This document shows positions 11,055 to 23,800 of a stretch of 64,000 nt of DNA, piece after piece; position 1 is the stretch's first letter, and the number at the start of each line of letters is the position of its first letter. The translations under genes and the position numbers were made by a program. The stretch is from NCBI GenBank assembly GCA_051047955.1, contig JBPGPT010000020.1, positions 1-64,000 of the forward strand. Direction: 5' to 3'. The DNA comes from Cystobasidiomycetes sp. EMM_F5. Taxonomy: Eukaryota. The notes beneath the pieces were generated by a model. The model was not told where the DNA came from and did no database searches. It was given only the letters and a program-made list of their open reading frames with translations.

Positions 11055-14014
11055 ATGTCGTACACATATGAATGGCATGGCTCGTCTCGTACTCCGGCCA
11101 AGAGCAAGGCAGACACGCCGTCGCGGTCGTCGCGCCGTTCTGGCTTCACAAATCTGACGCACTACATCTCGTACAAGCGGTCAGACGGAGAGGTCTTTAC
11201 AATCGGAGACGCTGTGCGAGTCTCACCAGACGTGCCGTACACGCACTCGCAGTTCTGGCTCGACCCGTACGGCAGCTATGGCACTGAAAGCAGGATGCAG
11301 TACGAGCGGAGAGTGGGTGCACCTATTGCATCGACATCCGGCAGCACAAGCACGATATCAGGGAGTGCGCAACAATGTGCGGCGTCCAGAGGAACGAGTC
11401 CAAGAAAAGCCGGCTCTCGTCGGGGTGCAAAGGGCAAAGTCGCACAACGCGAACAGCACGAGGATGATTGGATACCTGATGACGGTCTGGAGGATGCAGC
11501 AAAGTTCGGCATCATCGCAGACATGTACGATGATGAAAAGGGGAAGATGAGGATCGTCGTGCACTGGCTAGCAAGGCCGAGACTGCTGGCATACGCCTTT
11601 GGTCCCACGCTCGGCAAGGAGGAAGGGCTGGACGAGCTTGACCCAAGGGAATTGTGAGCGGGATGACATGTGTACCGACACGAATTTCAACCTCATCATT
11701 TAATCGCAGAATATACGCTGTTGACCCCGCTCAAGCTGGAATAACGTCTGTATTGCTTCGACTATCACGAGCGGACGATACTTTACAAGCCAGTCAGATA
11801 CAAGAGCGCATACGCGTACTGTCGCACGCTGCATTGGCGTCAGAACAAACGCACGTAGACAGTGCTGAACAAACCCCAACATACTTCATACGCCGAGCAC
11901 TCAATACGAGAGCAGAGGAAGGGGAAAGCTGGCTCTACGATATAGACTGGCAAGAAGTGATAGAAACTTGCATATCTACCGGAGATTGGGAATTGGGAAC
12001 TTCAATGGAAGATGTCAAGATTGGCAAGACTGCAAGTAACAAGAAACAGAAAACGACATTGGTTTCCAAAGGCAAGTCTAGCTCGAAAAGGGGAACAGCT
12101 GCGTTGAGGGAACAGCATGAATCGCCTTCGCGTAGGAAGCAGGGCAAAAGAAGCGCTTCAGTGGCATCGGTGAGAGCGCGACCACACGGTTTGTACAAAT
12201 TTACGAGACTGAGCCAATGTTGGGTTTGGAAAACATCAAGTCAACAGCCGGCTCCTCTCGAGCGGCTTCACCTGCAACGAGCAGCGAAAGCGAGCAAGAG
12301 GAGGAGGCTGAAGTGGATCTGCGTTCAGATCATGACTATTCAGACAGCGAGGAGGACGACGAAGACGATGTGCCAGATAAAGGAGAAATGGCTGAAGACT
12401 CGGACAAGGAACCGGAATCAGATTCAGACTTTGACGTATTCGGCCCACAGAGTAGCGCACGCAAGCGTAAAGCGGCAGGACTCAGTCACACCTCGCCCGC
12501 AAAGCGGGGCCGACCAAGTCTACTGCTCAAGCCGTCGGCGGCAATGTTGAGGAAAGCTGCAGAACGAAAGGAACGACAAGCTCGCCGTGTAGCGGAACGG
12601 AAAGCCCGAATGCTCAAGCCTCGCCTACCTCTTGTACAGCAGAGACATCTCGGGATGAGCGAGAACGCCACACCGTTTGAGAAAGCGAGATCAGTGCTGC
12701 ATGTGGGCTGTACGCCCGACTATCTACCGTGCAGGGACAACGAATACGCAGAGATTGAGGCATATCTCGAGGATGCCATCGATGAAGGTATCGGAAGCTG
12801 CATATGTACGTTGGAGCATGACGAGAGTATGGACTTTGCTAACCTCGGTCGACCGCAGACATCGCGGGCGTACCAGGAACAGGCAAGACAGCGACCGTCC
12901 GGAGCGTCGTCTCTGCTCTACAGACGAGAGCCGACAATGGGGAGATTAAGGGATTCAGATTTCTCGAAGTGAATGGCATGAAGATTACGGATCCGCCTCA
13001 AGCCTTCACGATCCTTTGGGAATTCATATCCGGTGTCCGCTGTCCTCCCAAGCAGGCTCTCGCCGCCCTCGAAGCGCATTTCAAAACACCCAATCCCGGA
13101 CGCGATACTTGGTGAGCGAGACACTGTTCAGCTATCGGTGATGTTTTCAGCTCATATTCGTAATCCCGGCTGTAGCGTCGTGCTGATGGACGAGCTAGAT
13201 CAGCTCGTAACAAAGAAGCAAGAAGTCATCTACAACTTCTTCAATTGGCCGAATCAGTCGCACTCCCGCTTGATTGTCTTGGCGGTAGCAAACACCATGG
13301 ATCTCCCCGAACGAGAGCTCAGCAACAAGATCAACTCGCGCTTAGGCAGCAATCGCATCAACTTCACCCCATACGACAAGAACCAACTGATTGAAATCTT
13401 GACTGCCCGGCTTGAAGGGCTCGACGGTGTCTTTGCACAAAACGCTATTGGATTGGTCGCGAGTAAAGTTGCTGGTGTCACCGGCGATGCTCGAAGGGCT
13501 CTCGATATATGCAGGAGAGCCGTCGAGACTGTCGAGGCCGAAAACCATGGCACAGGTGTCTCGCGCTTGGTTACAGCACTGGATATTGTCGAGGTACATA
13601 AAGGCATGACCAGCTCGGGCCTCATGCTGTTTGTCAAAAGGGCGGGTCTGCATCAGCGAATCATGCTGCTCGCACTATCCAGAGCCATCAGAAAGGTTGG
13701 CGTAGCAGATGAGGTTGAATTTGGAGACGTGAGTTTGTGAATGCTGCGATCCGGCTTGTGGGTATTGGCTGAAACATGACGGAAACTTCAAGGTCGTGCG
13801 ATGGCACATGGATTTTTGTCGACAGACTGCCATCAGCCCCCTCCCGACGCACGCTCAGCTCTTTAGCATCCTACAGAGCCTGGCTGATCTCCGACTCGTC
13901 ACGACAGAGGGTGCGCGACTGGATTATTACCAGCGCGTGCAAGCGAATGTGAGGAATGACGAGCTGGAACTCGTTCTCCGCAAGGAGCAGCAGTTTATGC
14001 ATTACCTGAGGTAG
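11055..14014 (+). CDS. ORC1: Origin recognition complex subunit 1 (BAH-like N-terminus plus AAA+ ATPase)
   Basis: LHVGCTPDYLPCRDNEY, spliced Walker A YIAGVPGTGKTATV, Walker B VVLMDELDQLVTKKQEVIYNFFNWP, ANTMDLPER and GDARRALDICRRAVE. Confidence 0.93.
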
Positions 14015-14199
14015 TAGTAGTACAAGTGTACGCAGTGTATTACCTCGTGTCTCGTTTGCAACGAATTTGACAATCTCCGAGCTGTATCTCCGCACTCGAT
14101 GCGTGCATGACTGTCGACTTCGGCCCGACACTGCCAACTCATGATCCTTTTGCGGGCACTGCATGCGTCTGCCCCAGCGCACCAGGACGACTCTGCAGA

Positions 14200-17100
14200 A
14201 TGGCGCCCAGCATCAGCAACCTGTTGACGGGCAAGCGCAAAGTGTCGTCGTCGGTCGACAGCAGCCCAGTCGCCCCGAGAAGCGATGGGGCAGCTGCATC
14301 TCGGGGGCACGTCTCGCCAACGCTCGTCAGCAACATCAACGGCAACACCCTCACACCGGTGACCTCCGCCAGCAACGGCGTCTCGGTCAAGCCTCGTTAC
14401 TCGCCAGGCTTGGGCTCGGGGGAACGCGCCCTGTCGAATGGCAGGTTGCGAGGCACTTCAGTCGCAAGGCACCAGCCAACAATCAGCGAGGCCGGTCCTC
14501 TGCTGGGCACGAGTCCGCCTTTGGATTACATTGACGGCCTGCTTGGAACGACTCCGGACGGCACTCCAGTCTACTCTGACAATACGACATCTGCAAACCA
14601 CTCTCGCTCCACAAACTTTACTCACGACGAACGGCAACGCACTGCGAGCTCGTCTAATCAACATCACAGACGAGCTACGGTCGCTTCAAAGCAGGAAAGT
14701 CTAGCTTCCCCTGGCTCGTCTGCAGAGTCAAGGATGGGCAGAAGTGCTTCAATGTCGCAGCGGCCTCCATCCATGATTGTTGGTGAAGGGTCGCTTAGTC
14801 TCGAACATCTCATACGCACTCCCTCTATACCTGTAAATACCGCTCCCCGAGTCTCTCCGGCAGCGAATCTGGCCCCACCGCAAGCGTCGCCAGAGGTTCG
14901 ACTGTACAATGTCGATTCATCAGCCTCTTCGTCTGCGAATGATCTTGGCGAGCCAGAAGTCCATGCTGGGGAGCTGCATCACAGGCATCACGTACACTAC
15001 TCCCCGGTATTTGCTACTTCTGACATCGACATCACATCCAGCAGTTCGTCAGACGCCGCTCCTGCTAATGCTACACCAGTCATACAACTCAAGCGCACAC
15101 CGTCCAACACTGATCAAGAACCTCCTGCCGTACCGGCACACCAGCCGACTAGCCCTCCTCGGCCGACTGCAGCAAGTCTTGCACCAGCAACCCTATCACC
15201 GACCATCAATACCAATGCATCGAGCGAGGATCTGGTCCGCATACGTTCAGGCAGCGCTTCATCGATGCGACCTCATGCTGTGCAAAGTCACAACCTTGAA
15301 GCCGCCTCTAGTAGAAAGGTATCTAAAAAGTTTGACCCCAGCAAAGGCATAGCTGGCGCGCTCGCGTTGAGTGGTGTAGCACTAGCAGCGCCAGGACCGG
15401 GTATAGCGCATCCGATTCGTATGTCCGGACTACCACAGCCTGCGGCACTACCCCCAACATCGGCGCCTCTATCTGCCAAAGTCAGTCCTGGTACGGATGC
15501 TGCTCCCAGCCTACAATCCGCTACGACGGATAGGAGCAGTCACGACGATGGTCGCACTACACGCTCAAACACGACGACGTCACACGACGGCTTGGTGAAG
15601 GAGCAAACTCGGTCAAGCGAGGATGTGACTGGTTACGAGTCGCCGACACCGATATCAGCCTACACGCCTAATGACTCGCCGAACAGAGAAACGGATCATT
15701 ATGGCACAATGTCTATCGATGCATTGGGCGATTTCGATGATCTCATGTCTCAGGTTGGACCGGGCTACGCTGTCGCAAGTCCACGACGAAATGCAGATTT
15801 CCACCATCTCTTCAAGAGTATACCTGAAGATCACTGGCTGATAGAGGGTATGTATGACAGACTACTAGCATCTACATGTATAAAGCTCATGGCTGACTTG
15901 GTGCTTGCACCTTGCAGACTATGGCTGTGCTCTACAGCGCGAAATTCTGATTCAAGGACGATTATACATTTCCGAGCATCACCTTTGCTTCAACGCCAAC
16001 ATCTTTGGCTGGGTTACTACTGTGGTGCTTGGCTTTGATGAGATTATTGCCATTGAGAAGCGAAACACCGCGTTGGTCATTCCCAATGCTATCATGGTTG
16101 CGACTATGCATTCGCGCCACACCTTTGCATCTTTCCTCTCGCGCGATGTCGCATATGAGCTCATTACTTCTCTGTGGAGATATCGTCATCCCGTCTTACC
16201 CTCTGCTTCTGCGTTGGCTGGCGTCATTTCCGATGATGAAGAGGACGTGCACGAAGGTGGCGGCAGCGCCAAGAAGGGCAAGCGGAGAATCGGCAGATTT
16301 AAGCGCGGTCGCACTGGCACTGGTGGAGAAAGTCAGTCTGCCATAACGGATGGAGAGTCTACTGCGCATAACACTGCAGCAGATATTCATATTTCCGGAC
16401 CTAGAGGAAATATCACGTCAGGTAACAATGCTCCCCACCCACCGACTTCGTGTAATTGCCTCAAGGGAGGCTCTGGACACTATCCTACCCTCATCATGGA
16501 TGCGACCTTCCGTGGCACGCCAGAAAAGCTCTACAATCTCATCTTCACATCTGGATTCATGAAGGACTTTTTGATCAGCATGGACTTGACGGGTGAGCAT
16601 ACTTGCAGTACGTAATCGCACCAGGATCCACTAAAGACCACCTTCGAACAGAACTACAAATTGATGATTGGGCGCCGCAAAAGACGGCTTCTCACCTGTT
16701 GACACGGTCATACAATTACATCAAGCCCATCAACGCTCCAATCGGTCCAAAATCCGCCAAATGCATCCTAGTCGACGAGAATCTGCACGTCGACTTTGAT
16801 GACTTTGTCGTCACGCTCACTACCACACGGACGCCCGACGTGCCCAGTGGTGGTAGTTTTGCGGTGAAGACAAAGACGTGTCTAATGTGGTCGCGTAACA
16901 ACTCTACTAGGGTACTTGTAACAAGTACCGTAGAATGGACCGGCCGCAGTTTCATCAGGAGTATTGTCGATAAGCAGTCGATTGATGGACAAAAGGCGCT
17001 GTATGTAAAGCTCGAGGAATCTATCCGCATCTACATCAATCAGCATCGGTCCGAGTTTTACGAAGCGGGAGAAGTGGACGGCAACAGCTTGGCCAGTGCT

Positions 17101-17709
17101 GGAGACGTGACCTCGTCTTATCCAGAGAATGGGATTGATGGATCTGGAACGACGCACGAAAATGGACTGGAAAATACCTCCAAAGTCACCGGGACTGTGG
17201 AGACTGATACTCACAATATCAAGGATCCATTCGCTCTGATCACTAAACCCGTGCCTCAGCTCAAGCCACTTTGCGATTTTATGACTACAATCTACGATAC
17301 TGTTGTGGACCTCATCGGACAGATGAGTCCGACGGCGCTCATTTGCTCTGCCATCATTTTCGTTCTCGTCATCTCAAACCTCTTCACCCTCACCTCTTTA
17401 CGCCAAAAGAGCTCGCGATACGTACCACAACGCAGACCTCCTCCCGACTATAGTTCTCAGTTGGTCAACAGCCTTCCTGTGGCTAGCAGTGATGTCTCTG
17501 GCCATCAGCAAGACGTGGCAATGGCGGTACGATCAGCTCTGCAAGATTATTTTAATATTCAACGAAGTACGACTTTGGACGCTCCTTCTCGCGAGAGTAC
17601 AGCTGCTGGATTCGATCCTGTGACAGAGTTGCAGGATCTGCGAAGTCAGTTGACCGAGCTCGAGGACCGCGTACAGAAACTCAGGACCGCTCTGGCTGAA
17701 GTCGACTAG
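14200..17709 (+). CDS. LAM/Ltc (Ysp2/GRAMD1-like) sterol transfer protein: GRAM domain, VASt/StART-like domain and C-terminal TM
   Basis: RNADFHHLFKSIP, DYGCALQREILIQGRLYISEHHLCFNANIFGW (GRAM), TTRTPDVPSGGSFAVKTKTCL (VASt) and a hydrophobic C-terminal segment. An in-frame upstream ATG exists at 14107. Confidence 0.9.
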
Positions 17710-18005
17710 TGCGGTCCAAGTGTAGCCTTACTACCCTATTGCTGTGTTATTTCGCAGTTGGAAATAGTTCGTTCTTGACTGCTGTACATTTAGCAATCCT
17801 GTTACACCATGTTGTTGTGAAAGTAGACTATGCCGCAGAAGGCGATTGAGTGACAACAATCGTGACGATACTGACGGAAAGAGACTGCTTGTGTATCGCA
17901 AGTGAATGGCGGATGTAGCCCAAGCCTGCAAATGTTACGACCAACGAAGACGACGACATGGCCCGGAGAAAGATTGGAAGAGACGAAGCCAGTTCGAATG
18001 CAGCT

Positions 18006-18401
18006 TTACATTGGCTTCTGTTCTTGTTGCGACAGGAGGACGCCGTATCTCTTCTTGATAGTCACACGATGCCGTGAGAACTTGTCATCTGGTGAGAAGC
18101 GGGCTGTAGGATCCATTTTACAAAGCGAAGGCGACAGAAGCAGAAAGTCAGCACCACGACTCAGAAAATTTGCAATGTCGGAGCTGAGTTTTCAGAGCTA
18201 GTCTGCAGGTGCAGCTGACAGCTATGGCTTCAACGCACCAGGATGCGCCGACTTTGTGATTTTGCCTTCACTTGTAATTTTCTGCAAAGAACGACGGCAT
18301 CAGCAAACACGCTCAAGCGGGCTTGAATGTGGTCGTTCAGAGCTCACTTTGAGCGTATACACGCGGTCGCCCTTGTCGCTGAGCGTGTACATCAGATGCA
18401 T
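18006..18401 (-). CDS. NOP10: H/ACA snoRNP subunit Nop10, 3 exons
   Basis: Spliced product [64 protein letters not shown] is the Nop10 signature, with GT-AG introns. Confidence 0.95.
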
Positions 18402-18957
18402 GTCGGGCAGGCTGATGTCGCTAAGGCAAGAAACGGGCACGAGCAAGGACGGCAACAAGTCAAAGTCTTTCTGTATGCATACAAGCGGCTGACGATCCAA
18501 GTACTGGTCTATTCACCACTGGTCTATTCACCACGATATGGATGTATGGATGATTGGAGCAGCCGTCCTGATACTTTGTTGCGCGACTGAACATGTGTGT
18601 ATTCCAACAAAGCCGGATCAATGTGTTGGTTTCAGAGGAGCTTGGAGCGTTTCCTAATATCTTTTGAGCGACACAGCGCTATGCTAATCATGACAGACAT
18701 CTATGCGAAATAGTCGCCGGAGTTGCTTTGCATATGACGCAGTTTCGATCCACGAAGGACGTGTAGATTGCGCCGTCTGTTGTCCGGGTTATAGCTCTAT
18801 CCAACTACTGCAAAGCACAGCCTACACCATTCTCTCAAACGCCAGCAAAGCGTTCAGAGCGGCCTTGTCGTTGGAGAGAGCTGCGCAGCGATTGACAGCG
18901 ATATCATCAGCAACGCGTCAGGCAACAACGACGTCGACTGCAACAAGTAAAGCAAAC

Positions 18958-20098
18958 ATGGCAAGTCCAGAGTGGAAGAAGAAGCTCAATGAAGCCATCA
19001 GCGAGAATATGAAGAAGGTGTCGTGGCAGAACTCAAGGGCGATGACTATGCTGCGGGCTAACACATGGACCTATCTTACCGCTAAACACACTTTGTACTC
19101 ATCCACCGCTCCACCTCAAAACAGGACAAGGATTCCATCTCGTATCCCTTCTCTACTATCGGACCAGATGGAGGACCAAAGACCCGATTTGTCCTGCATC
19201 GTGGGTTTGTCAACGAGCGGAGAAAGGAGGAAGATCCGAGCCATAATCAAATCGGAGCTGAGGAAGAGGGCCTCGTAGGCGAAGCTCTACTGAGTACAAC
19301 TGATGTCCGGTGCGCCTTGTTCTCTTCCGCTAGCCAGTGTGCCGGATCTATGAATCTGATACGAAGTGTCTCATCAAGAGCACCCAAATCTCAGCAGCTA
19401 GGCAAAGACGACAAGATTGAGATTGCATGGTGGTTTGCTCCTTCTGGCGATCAATTTCGGATAACAGGTCATGCATACGTGTATGGACGACCGGACCATC
19501 CTCTCTCTCAATTGTTCCTGCAGCATCATGCTAAACGTCTTGCCCCGCCTGGAAACCGCGACAATTTCAATTGGGAAGACGAGAGAAAGCGCATCTTTGA
19601 CAAGATTTCCCCGCCGATTAGAGCGAGCTTTGCAAGACCCATTCCTGGCACACCCCTGAAAGCGAGCGAGAGGAACGATGGTACTGACGAGGATTATAAT
19701 CCAAACGACTGGCCAGAGGCAGTAAAACCTGACGATGACAAGGATCTGGTCGCAAAGTGCTATAACAACTTTGCGTTGACGTAAGTTTGTGTGGCTATTT
19801 AGGTGCCCGTTCAATCAAGGAAAATAGACTGATAAACATTGATGGTCGCAGTATCATTGAACCGCTGGCTATTGACTGGTACGTAGCGAGTTGTCGAACG
19901 AGAGAGCAATGCAGGGTTCAAGAGAGCTCAAGTGGTACCCCGCACGTAGGTGTCAGCTCAATGAGCAGCCAAATAAGGTGCGTGGACAGTAGAGCACTCC
20001 ATACAAACTGTCTGCTGACTATGCTAGCTCCATAGCGCGCCATCTGGCGCAAACAAGAGACGTCTGGAGAATGGAACAAGGTGGAAGTGTGCCCCTAG
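18958..20098 (+). CDS. Pyridoxamine 5'-phosphate oxidase-like FMN-binding protein (YGR017W/Alr4036-type)
   Basis: Spliced motifs PKTRFVLHRGFVNE, LLSTTDVRAPKSQQL, EIAWWF...DQFRITG, WEDERKRIFDKISPPIRASFARP.PG and C-terminal W..VEVCP. Confidence 0.8.
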
Positions 20099-20843
20099 AA
20101 AATCCAGATCGGCGACATGTAGCGAAAAGAAAGACGCAGCGCTGTGTATGCGCGATGTCTTTACACGTACACTACTTGCTCTAGTAACTTTGTCGACCTC
20201 GATGTTTCATGACGTCCAGACAGCCGTTGCACGGTACTAATCGGGCTTGCACGCGGGAAGTATATAGCTGCCGGCTGAAGAAATGGCAGATGATAAATAG
20301 CCAGAAGCGGAGCTTTTGTGCAGACCAACACTGCTGTAGAGGTACAGCAGAAGTCACAGCACAGCTTGGCCGAGTGAAGCTCTGCTCTAGCCTGTGCTTC
20401 ACTGCGACTGCGCAAACCACAGCGACTCCCTCGAGGATCAGCATCATCCGGTTGCAAGGTGAGCGAGCTCGTTTGGGAAAGAGAAGTGCTGCTCTTTCCT
20501 GGACTGCAGCTCTGGCATACAAAGTGCGGAATACTGACGCTGCTCTTCACTGCGTCTTACTGTGGACTCCGTTTGTAGCAGTCTTGTCCTCGCTGAGTGC
20601 GGCCTAATCGTCGACCTTCTTGGCTCGGACGGGCAACATTGGCACAGTCTGCAAGACTAGTCTATTCTTCAGTTCACTACTGTCCAGTAACATTCACCAC
20701 CGCAATACACACTGCGCTTGGATACTATCGAATCCCGTACTTCCATTCTTAATCAGGAAGTGGAGAAGATCTCTGGCCGTAATCGCAATAATCGCCAGGC
20801 TTGAAGCTCGCAAACAAGGCAGCAACAAGGCTACGCTACGACA

Positions 20844-23800
20844 ATGGAAGCTCTCAAATCCATCGTCGACGCTGTCACTGGCGGAGGACACTCCGACGAG
20901 AGGTGTGTATTTCGGCCTAGACTCCCCCGTCATTGTGAATCCGAAAACGGCAGGAGGACTGACTTTTATATCTTTTTGCTTCCCGGTCATCTACATGCGT
21001 ATCCGTGCTTCTATCACTCCAGCAATCACGATCTGGTGAGCTTCTTTGGCCCCGTGAAGGTTTGGATAGCATCCTGACAGCTATTCGCTCCTTGACAGAC
21101 CGCTGCAGAAAAGGTACGCGACAAGGCCGAGCATACCTCTTCGCACACAGATGCAAACACTGTGACGACAAACTCCGAGCAAGCTCATCAGCACCACGCA
21201 CCGTCGCTCGTGTCCCGTAATACCACCTCGACCGTCGGCGGAGCAGACGATAACGCTTCGATGATTCCGCTCGGCAAGGGGGACCATACCGAGGCACCCA
21301 CTACCACTTCATCAAGTATTGCGGATGGTACTCATAACCACAGTCATGCGACACCGGCAGTATCGTCCGTTCTGTCAAACGACAACACAGGTGACCAGAG
21401 CGAAACTGCGCGTGCTCTCGTTCTCGCTAAGCTCGCTTCATGCACTCAAGGTCGTGAAGGGATGATCGTCCATTTGGATCAAGACAAGGGACGTCTTACC
21501 CCTACTGGCGCAGACGAGGTCAGCCGGGTTATCGGCAGCTTCCCTGGTATCGGAGCCCTCCTCGATAGAATGAACGTCATCAACGCACCAGACGCGTCGA
21601 CCATCCATGCTTACTCTCACAACGCAAGTGATCCGAGTCGTACTGTAGCTCATGACGCTTCGTCGACACCAGCTGTGTCAAACAGTATTGCTCACGGCAA
21701 CGCTGGAGACGCTCCACGAGACTTGACAGCAGAGGAAAACACACCCATCCAGACAACGACCAATACTATTGGTCACCTGGAGTCTAACAGCCCGCATGGC
21801 GCCATCAACAACGAGGTTTCATCGCTGGCTCATTCAGGAGGCGAAACGCATCACTCTAATGGGCTCTCCGATCTGCAGAAAGAGGAGCTTGGTCGCGTGC
21901 CAGATGCTACACATGGCACCTCCAGTGACGATCACGCCGCTACAGGCTTGGCTGCAGGGGCAGCTGGCGCTACTGGTCTTGCTGGCGCTGAAAACATTTC
22001 TTCGACAGCTCATACAGCACCGGATGGTCCTAGTCCAGCCTACACCGAGAATGTAGCAAGTCAGACAGCATCTCCGCGAGCATCTCGTGGCGGTTTCGCT
22101 GAACGCCTCAAGCAAGAAATTGAAGACCGAGCCAAAGCTTCGAGGGAGGGCCGAGAGTACACCGGACCTGGCGCTAGTGCCAAAGTTATCGCAGCTCGTG
22201 ACCCCTCCGCTACCGTTCAGGATAGTCCTGTCAAACCCGCGCCGACCGAGGCGACTACAAAACGAACCAGCGTAGGCCATCCCGGCGCTGCTGCTGCTGC
22301 CCCCGCCGTTGCTGCTACTCCCGAGACTGCTGCCGAGCCTGAAGGCAGCCGAGATGAGACTGCAGCAGCATCCGTGCCGGCTTCACCTGTTGTGCAGACC
22401 CGATCCCGCGCAGGCAGCACAGCCGGACTAACTCGTAATGCTAACGAGTCTACTGAGTCGCTAGGCCGAAGTCCGTCCAAGTCGAAAGGATTTGGTGGTC
22501 TCTTCCGTAGAAACTCAAAGCGAGCGTCGCTGCCGCCATCTTCAACCAATGCAAGCCAGGTGTCTTTGGGCAATGCATCCGCCGCACCAACTGCTACCGA
22601 GACTAAGCCTGCGAACAGCGCAGCACCGGTACCCGAAGGCATGGGTTGGAAAGGCAAAGTCTCCGAACCACCTATCGGCGCCAATCGCCGACGCACACTT
22701 ACAAGCGGCACCTCGTCTGGAGAAGCTGGCGTCGCTGCCGCTGCGGTCGGTGCCGTAGCGGCAGAAGAGGCAGAAGAGGCCGCCTCGCACAGCGCGGATC
22801 ATAATACCAGCCATTCCATCGAACCCCAATCTTCAGCTGCAGCGGCGGCACCCGCATCCACCACCGCTAACGAGATCGCAATACCTGCAGCCACAACCAC
22901 TTCCGCTGCAGGTCTGGCAGACAGTGCCGGTCCTAGCGGTCACGGGCCCGCTCATACGAGCGAAGCAGCAGCACCAACGGTCGAAGCTGGCGAGGCTGCA
23001 GCAGCAGCTCATGACGAGGTTACGCCCGTAGCGGCTGAAGAGGCGAAACCTCTGCCCAGAAGCTCCTCCAGCGGAGGATTCGCCGCCAAGCTACGACAAG
23101 AGATCGAAGAGCGAGCCAAAGCTGCGCGCGAGAACCGACCTTACGATGGTCCTGGCTCCAGCACAACTTGGGTGAAGGCGCGTGATCCGGCTGACCCTGT
23201 TCCTAGTCCTGCGAAACCGTTCAACGAGCCGTCGACACGTCGGTCGATTGATGCACCAGCTGCTGCATCTGCACCTGAAGTGTCCAACGTCTCTGCTGTT
23301 GTGCCCCCGCCAGCCCATGCAGAGGCTGATTCTGCCGCAGCCTCCCCGCTATTCCCTGTAAGATCTCGTGCAAACAGCACCATCAGCACAAACCGCGACT
23401 CCTACGCTGCCGAGACGTCCGAGCCCTTGACACGCAGCACTTCCAAGTCCAAGGGTATCAGCGGTTTATTCCGACGCAGCTCAAAGAGAGGCACTCTTCC
23501 ATCAGCTTCCAGGAATGCAAGTCAAGTATCCCTCGGCTCAACCAGCGGAGCAGTCGAGCCTTCCGACATTAATCATGACAAGCCCTCTATTGCTCAGGCT
23601 CCTCTTCCAGAAGGAGCAGGTTGGAAGGGCAAGGTTTCCGAGCCGCCCATCGGTGCCAACCGTCGACGCACTTTGACCAGTGGCACATCCGGACCAGAAG
23701 CTGCTGTCGCCGCCGCCGCTGCAGTCCATCACGTCGACAGCAATGACCACACTGCTCAAAGAAGCGTTGATTTCGAAGGCTCGAGTGCTCCACGTGCTGA

